Positions 58,666 to 64,000 of a stretch of 64,000 nucleotides of DNA are shown one piece after another. How positions within the stretch are numbered: the first letter of the stretch is position 1; each line of letters begins with the position of its first letter. Position numbers and translations under genes: made by a program. The DNA is from Hormiphora californensis. Its lineage: Eukaryota; Animalia; Ctenophora. The DNA is taken from assembly GCA_020137815.1 (NCBI GenBank), contig CM035355.1:6758001-6822000 (forward strand). Reading direction: 5' to 3'. The notes under the pieces are model-generated. The model did not search any database, had not been told where the DNA came from, and saw nothing but the letters and a program-made list of their open reading frames with translations.

Positions 58666-58905
58666 CGCATATTGCTGGATGGGTTCAAGGAACTCAGGAC
58701 CGGGCTCCGAACACCTCCTCCTCCTCCTACCTCCCACGATGACGTCATGAAAACAGGCCGTGTCATGGTTACAAAACTTCTCCGGTCGACCTCTCGTCCC
58801 ACTTCCACAGGTGAACAGCTCCGACACGGAGGGGAGAGATAACTTCCGGCCAACTGTACGTCTCCGGGGGAGGGATGAGTGTCGAGATGATGAGTTGCTG
58901 TTCAT
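58666..58905 (-). CDS. Possible coding exon (second candidate alternative first exon)
   Basis: ATG 58905 preceded by TTTTCAGG; MNSNSSSRHSSLPRRRTVGRKLSLPS...QQYA ending at a phase-0 GTGTGT. Confidence 0.4.
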
Positions 58906-61900
58906 TCCGGAAGATGTCAGGTTCCAAGAAAATGGGCAGAAAGTGCAGGGCTGTACAAAATGTGGAATTACGTGCAGTCCAAAATATTAATAGCCCTAAT
59001 TGTGTTAGGAAAAACCTCTCTCTCACTTTTTCTCTCCTTCTTTCTCTATCTCTCTCTGTGCAGCGTTGCGTGGGAAACTGTGTGAAAAAGTACACCCAGT
59101 GTGTGTGCAGCACCAATGACTTACCACCAACCAAACATGGCTGGAGCGCCCAACTGGCCAAACAGTAAACACCGTCCCAATAACACACTAGTCCAGAATA
59201 TATTCTAAACAGTGGTTACTGCCCCTTTACTATTGGAGCTGCCCCAGCACTGGGTAATATATGCAGATGTGTAGCTAAGTTGGTTATCATGCAGTGTGTT
59301 TTGAAGCATAATTGTGAACAGAATCATGAAGTGTATTATTGACATCTACAATCGGGGACCAATGAAAGACTAAATGATTAGACGAGGGAGAGAAGCTACG
59401 AGGGAGAGAAGCTACCATGGGGAGGTTACAATAAAAGAAAGAAGCTATCTGAGAGCTTGAGTCTGTGTATTTTCCTAAGAATTAGAAACCAGACAGATCA
59501 CGGACACTAAGATGGTTCTTGGCACGTCACGGACGCTTTGCTGGCAAGTATCTACATAAGAACAAGATCGGTAGCAGCTGTAGAACTATTGACAATGGTG
59601 GGAAAGTGCTAGACGACAAACGAGGATCTTTATCTATAAAACATGTCATATTTCCTCTCTCCTAATAGATAGTATCTGTATCGGACTTGTCAGGCACTGA
59701 CTGTACATCACGCACCCCGGCCCGGTGCGAAGAGGACGGTCTTATATGAGACAATATTGGACACACTGAATCATGCAAGAAGTCAACTGCTACTGTTACA
59801 GTAATACTGTTTATGTACAAAACCGAGCTACAGCAAGAAAATACATGATGACATGAGAGTGACACAACGAGCGGGAAATGAATCATAAAAAAGAGAGGGA
59901 GACACCAGCAAAAAAGGGAGGGAAATGTAACTATACAGATCAAGCTACTACCACACTCTAAACGTGAAACAGCATTGGTTGTTGCAACAACTTGTGGTTT
60001 TCAGCTATACACAAGATGGGAATCTGGTGGGAGAGTGTGTTACCCCTGGTAACCACACATCACGTGACTCTCTCCAAGCGCTCTCATTGGTCAATCCCAA
60101 TACCACGTGATCTTGTTCTCGTCTCTCATTGGCTAACAAGATCTCACGGCCAGCTCTACAGTTAAGAAGGAAGTGAAGGAGGAGGATTTTAAAGAACCAT
60201 GGGAGAAAATACCCCTAATACCACGTGACCTAAATACTGTATTCTCATTGGTTGAGAGGAAGTGGTTGACGGATTTCTATTGGTCGACCCCCTACAATGG
60301 GTGCATCCCCCCAAAACAACAAGAGGGGTCGAACCCGGAAGGGTATTGCAGATAATTAATATTTGGAGAAGGGGAGAGAGACAACGTACGATTAATTGGC
60401 ATTGTTCCCTGTCAAATAGTTGTAAGGGGAAGCGTTTGCGTTGGGCCTACTGTAGAGAGAGAGAGTGCCGAGGGGTATAGAGTGGGGAGTCGGGGACTAT
60501 AATAGTATATGATGTACTACATGCATGATCTTATGAGTATATGATTGTGAAGTAACAATAACTAGAAAAGTAAATCGTTTTACTCGCCACACAATCAAGT
60601 AATTAATTTTACTCACCCTTTTTTCGCACTCCGTCGCTACGTTTATCCGTGCTGAAATGGAATTTAGATTAGCAAACTAAAACAACCCCAAAACGCTTAA
60701 CCCCTTATATCCCAAAATGTCAAAAGTACATCGTAACCCCTCTTTCACCCCAATAAACCAATCACAATCTGACAAACATACAAGAAGAGGAAGAAATATT
60801 GCAGATTGACCCATGATCAATGCAGTCACCATGGTTACCATGGTAACCACAGGAATTCCCCTCCACAACAACCCCCATCATCACCCCATCATCTGCATCA
60901 TAATCCTCATCATCATCATTCACCCACAACCAGAGAATCAGGGAGAAATGAAGGACAAGAACCGAGGCTAGGATAACAAACAAAAACGACATGATCCAGA
61001 AAGATATGGTTTGAATTTCTCGGATAATACAATGTCTCAATGTGGAAGATATAGCGAGACTATATTGAGGATCAAATATAGGGCCGCCAGCCTCTGTTAT
61101 CTATAATAGTCTGCAGACAAGACAATTTGAAACAGTTCTTTGTCCCAAATCCACATCTTCGGTTTCATAAAAAACTCGAGACTCATTAAACAAATCTATG
61201 AAACTCAAAACCTTGCAATCAGATTTCAAGGAAGATCAGCGAACATGGATCATGAAAAATATAATTTCCTGCAGTCACCATCGCTTGATCGTAGTCACAA
61301 TCATTTGAATCGGAAGAACGCTGTTTACCACCTACCTCAGTAAAGTATGGAATTATAGCTACTGCTGCAATGGCTGGAAACAATGTAGGTCGACATTCTA
61401 TTCACAGGAGCTGTGTGTTTTCCTTTTGGTGATCAGTCGCATAAAAATAGCAAAATTAGCCCGGAACTCAATTTAACCGCATACAAAAAGGGAAAAAACC
61501 CATTCACTCCATCCCCCCCCTCCTTTTCCCCTCCTCCCCCTTTCCCCCCCCCTTTCCCCCTCCTCTTTCTCTTCCCTTTTCTTTTTTCTCCCCCCCCCTT
61601 CCCCCTCTCTTCTCTCTCCTTTCCCCTTTCCCCACATTAAACGGTAGGCCCCCTGACGGAAACGGGGGTTGTGATTGGGCGTAGGCCCCCCCGGGAGAAC
61701 GAGTAAAAATGGTAAGGGGTTTAATGGGAAAAGGGAAAGGAAGGAAAAAAAAAGGAAAGAAGGTGGGGGGAGAAGAAAAAAAGGGGGGAAAAAGGGGGGA
61801 AAAAGGGGAAAAAAAGAAACAGGGGAATAAAACCTCTGCCGCTACGGGAAAAAAGGGGGGGACACGAAAAGGGGAAATAAAAAATATCCAACAACCAAAG

Positions 61901-62631
61901 GGGCAATGAAAAAACCCGGGTTTATGAGTTTAAAACGTTTGGACTGGGGGTAAAAAGTTTTTGGATAGAAAACGGGGGGAAAGGGAGGAAAGAGGAAGGG
62001 GGGGGAAAAAAAAGAAGGGGGAAAAGGGGGTGGAAAAGGGGGGAAAAAAAATTCCCCAAAAAAATTGAACGGCTCGAAAATAAAACCCCCCCTTGCTTGC
62101 AGGGAAAAAAAAGGGGGAAAAAAGGGGGGGGGAAAAAGGGGGAAAAAACCCAGAAAAGGGGGGGGGGAAAAAAAAAAGGGAAAAAAGGGAAAAAAGGGGA
62201 AACAAAGGGGGGGGAAAAAAGGGGGAAAAAAAGGAGGAGAAAGGGGGGAAGGAAAAGGGGGGGGGGGGAAAGGAAAAAAAAAAGGGGTTTGGAAAAAAAA
62301 GGGGGGGGGGGCTTTTGAGTCACTATCAGGGGGTCTCTCCTGGGGGTAAACTATCCTCTCTGGGACGGCCTACTCATCTTCTCAGGGGAGGCGTAAATGG
62401 CTGGAGTAGTCCTCCGGGGGCTAACTGTGGGGACTACTTCTGGGAGGGGTAAACTATCGACGTGGCATACGTGCGTCCAAAGAGAGTGGGTAAGGCGTGA
62501 GACCCATGCGGACAAGCTTGTAGATTAAAGTGTGTAGATGTGCGTGCATAGTACGGCCCTCTCGTGGTAGTACACAGCAGCTAATCATGGTAATCGGGGC
62601 ATCATTCATTACTGTAGAGAGAGAGAGAGAA

Positions 62632-62636
<5 letters not shown>

Positions 62637-62709
<73 letters not shown>

Positions 62710-62720
62710 AGAGAGAGAGA
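62637..62720. repeat. (GA)n microsatellite
   Basis: Direct reading. Confidence 0.95.
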
Positions 62721-63105
62721 TAGAGCGGGAGGCAGAGTAAGAGAGAGAGACACGAGGGAAATAAACCATCTGACTGGTTCGCTCCAACAGACTACCGAAC
62801 AGTCGGGCGCCACGACACCGTGCACCATGAATACCTACTAGGAATAAATCCGCAACAACCAAGAGAGACACATGACGTATACAACCAAGGCGCCAGTATA
62901 TGTAATTATGAGCGATATACTCGTCAATTGGACATCGTGAATAGTGAATCGTGTAGAGATGATGGTCATGATTGGAAAAGCGGGGGAGGCAGTGAGAGAG
63001 AGAGCTGAGTAAAAGAAGGGGGTGAGAAATCATTCAGACCACATAAAATGTGACCTCTGATGAATAGTAAACAGCTCGTACGAGAGAGGTCCTGCCTGCA
63101 GGAAT

Positions 63106-63241
<136 letters not shown>

Positions 63242-64000
63242 TAGAACGAAAGAGATAGAACGAAAGAGAGAGAAATAAAGAGAGAAGTTGAGGAAAGAGA
63301 GACAACTGACTCGACTCTCGAGACATTTCAATGGAAGAATCGAGGAGTGTAATTTCGCAAACAAGTGTTATAGTAGTAGTAGTAGAGGTCTGAGGCAAAT
63401 TGACACTCTCTTCCACTGAATGGAGTGGTGACAACCTGAAAATATCGGTGATCTAAGGTGAAAAAGAGCTGCATTCCCCTGCCTACTACAGAATCATTCC
63501 CCTGAGCTGCCTATAATACAGAATCATTTAGTGGGTATTAGATGAAGGGATGAAGTCAGAACTGAGAGCGGAACAGAGCAAGACATGGTCATGAACAAAG
63601 CGATATATCAATTTGTTCCATCATTTACCAGCCAATACCCCGAACCGTCATTAGTATTAGTAACACTAATACCCATCCCGTCTACCACCATCTTGATTCT
63701 TGTTAAACTTTTGGTAACGAAATTACCACTCCCGGCCTTCGTTACCAGTTCTAAAATCCTATAAAACTCCACTCCAGTTGTTCTGGAAGGACCGTTTGTG
63801 GCGAAGTTTTCACCTCACGGCTCACTATGTACCACCCAGGCCCCAGCATAGACTTTTCACCCCGAAACGTACCACCCAGCCAATCCCCCACCCCGCCCAA
63901 ACCCCCCTCGCCCAAACCACCCATACCCACCTGTGTAGGCGTGTTGAGGACTGGTATCCTGCTGTGTTGTCAGGACCCGTCCAATACTACTAAGAAACAC

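Noticed and set aside
60280-60340. tRNA or SINE suggested by a GGTTCGACCC B-box on the minus strand
   Set aside because: No cloverleaf or A-box; it is one arm of a small imperfect hairpin.
61490-62315. G/A and C/T homopolymer-rich ORFs (Gly/Lys- or Phe/Pro-rich)
   Set aside because: Irregular homopolymer runs look like low-quality read or consensus sequence; the ORFs are a compositional artefact.

Overview
Gene-dense eukaryotic (animal) genomic DNA with short GT-AG introns, most likely a ctenophore (Pleurobrachia-like). That inference rests on a 37-nt motif I recall as the ctenophore spliced leader (SL) and must be verified. Protein genes, in order: kelch-like BTB (truncated by the window), intronless ABCC10, VPS51, an adhesion GPCR, CCDC51-like, a stand-alone Utp12-domain protein, ERCC5/XPG, TPRKB/CGI-121, HSPA13, the selenoprotein MSRB1 (in-frame TGA plus SECIS), an orphan gene and a PIK3R5/6-like gene. 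One HSPA13 intron holds two tandem antisense papain-family protease genes. Many genes sit in tight co-directional clusters with a splice acceptor just before the ATG, suggesting SL-resolved operons. Introns and spacers hold many foldback/MITE elements, minisatellites and (GA)n tracts. The most striking signal is two independent SL-bearing insertions inside HSPA13 introns. One is an SL-capped, LINE-ORF1-only retroposon with a 10-bp target-site duplication (TSD) and an empty paralogous site in the window. The other is a head-to-head SL palindrome whose SL end completes stem I of a minimal hammerhead-like ribozyme. All calls are by eye, with no database searches; exon boundaries are hand-derived.
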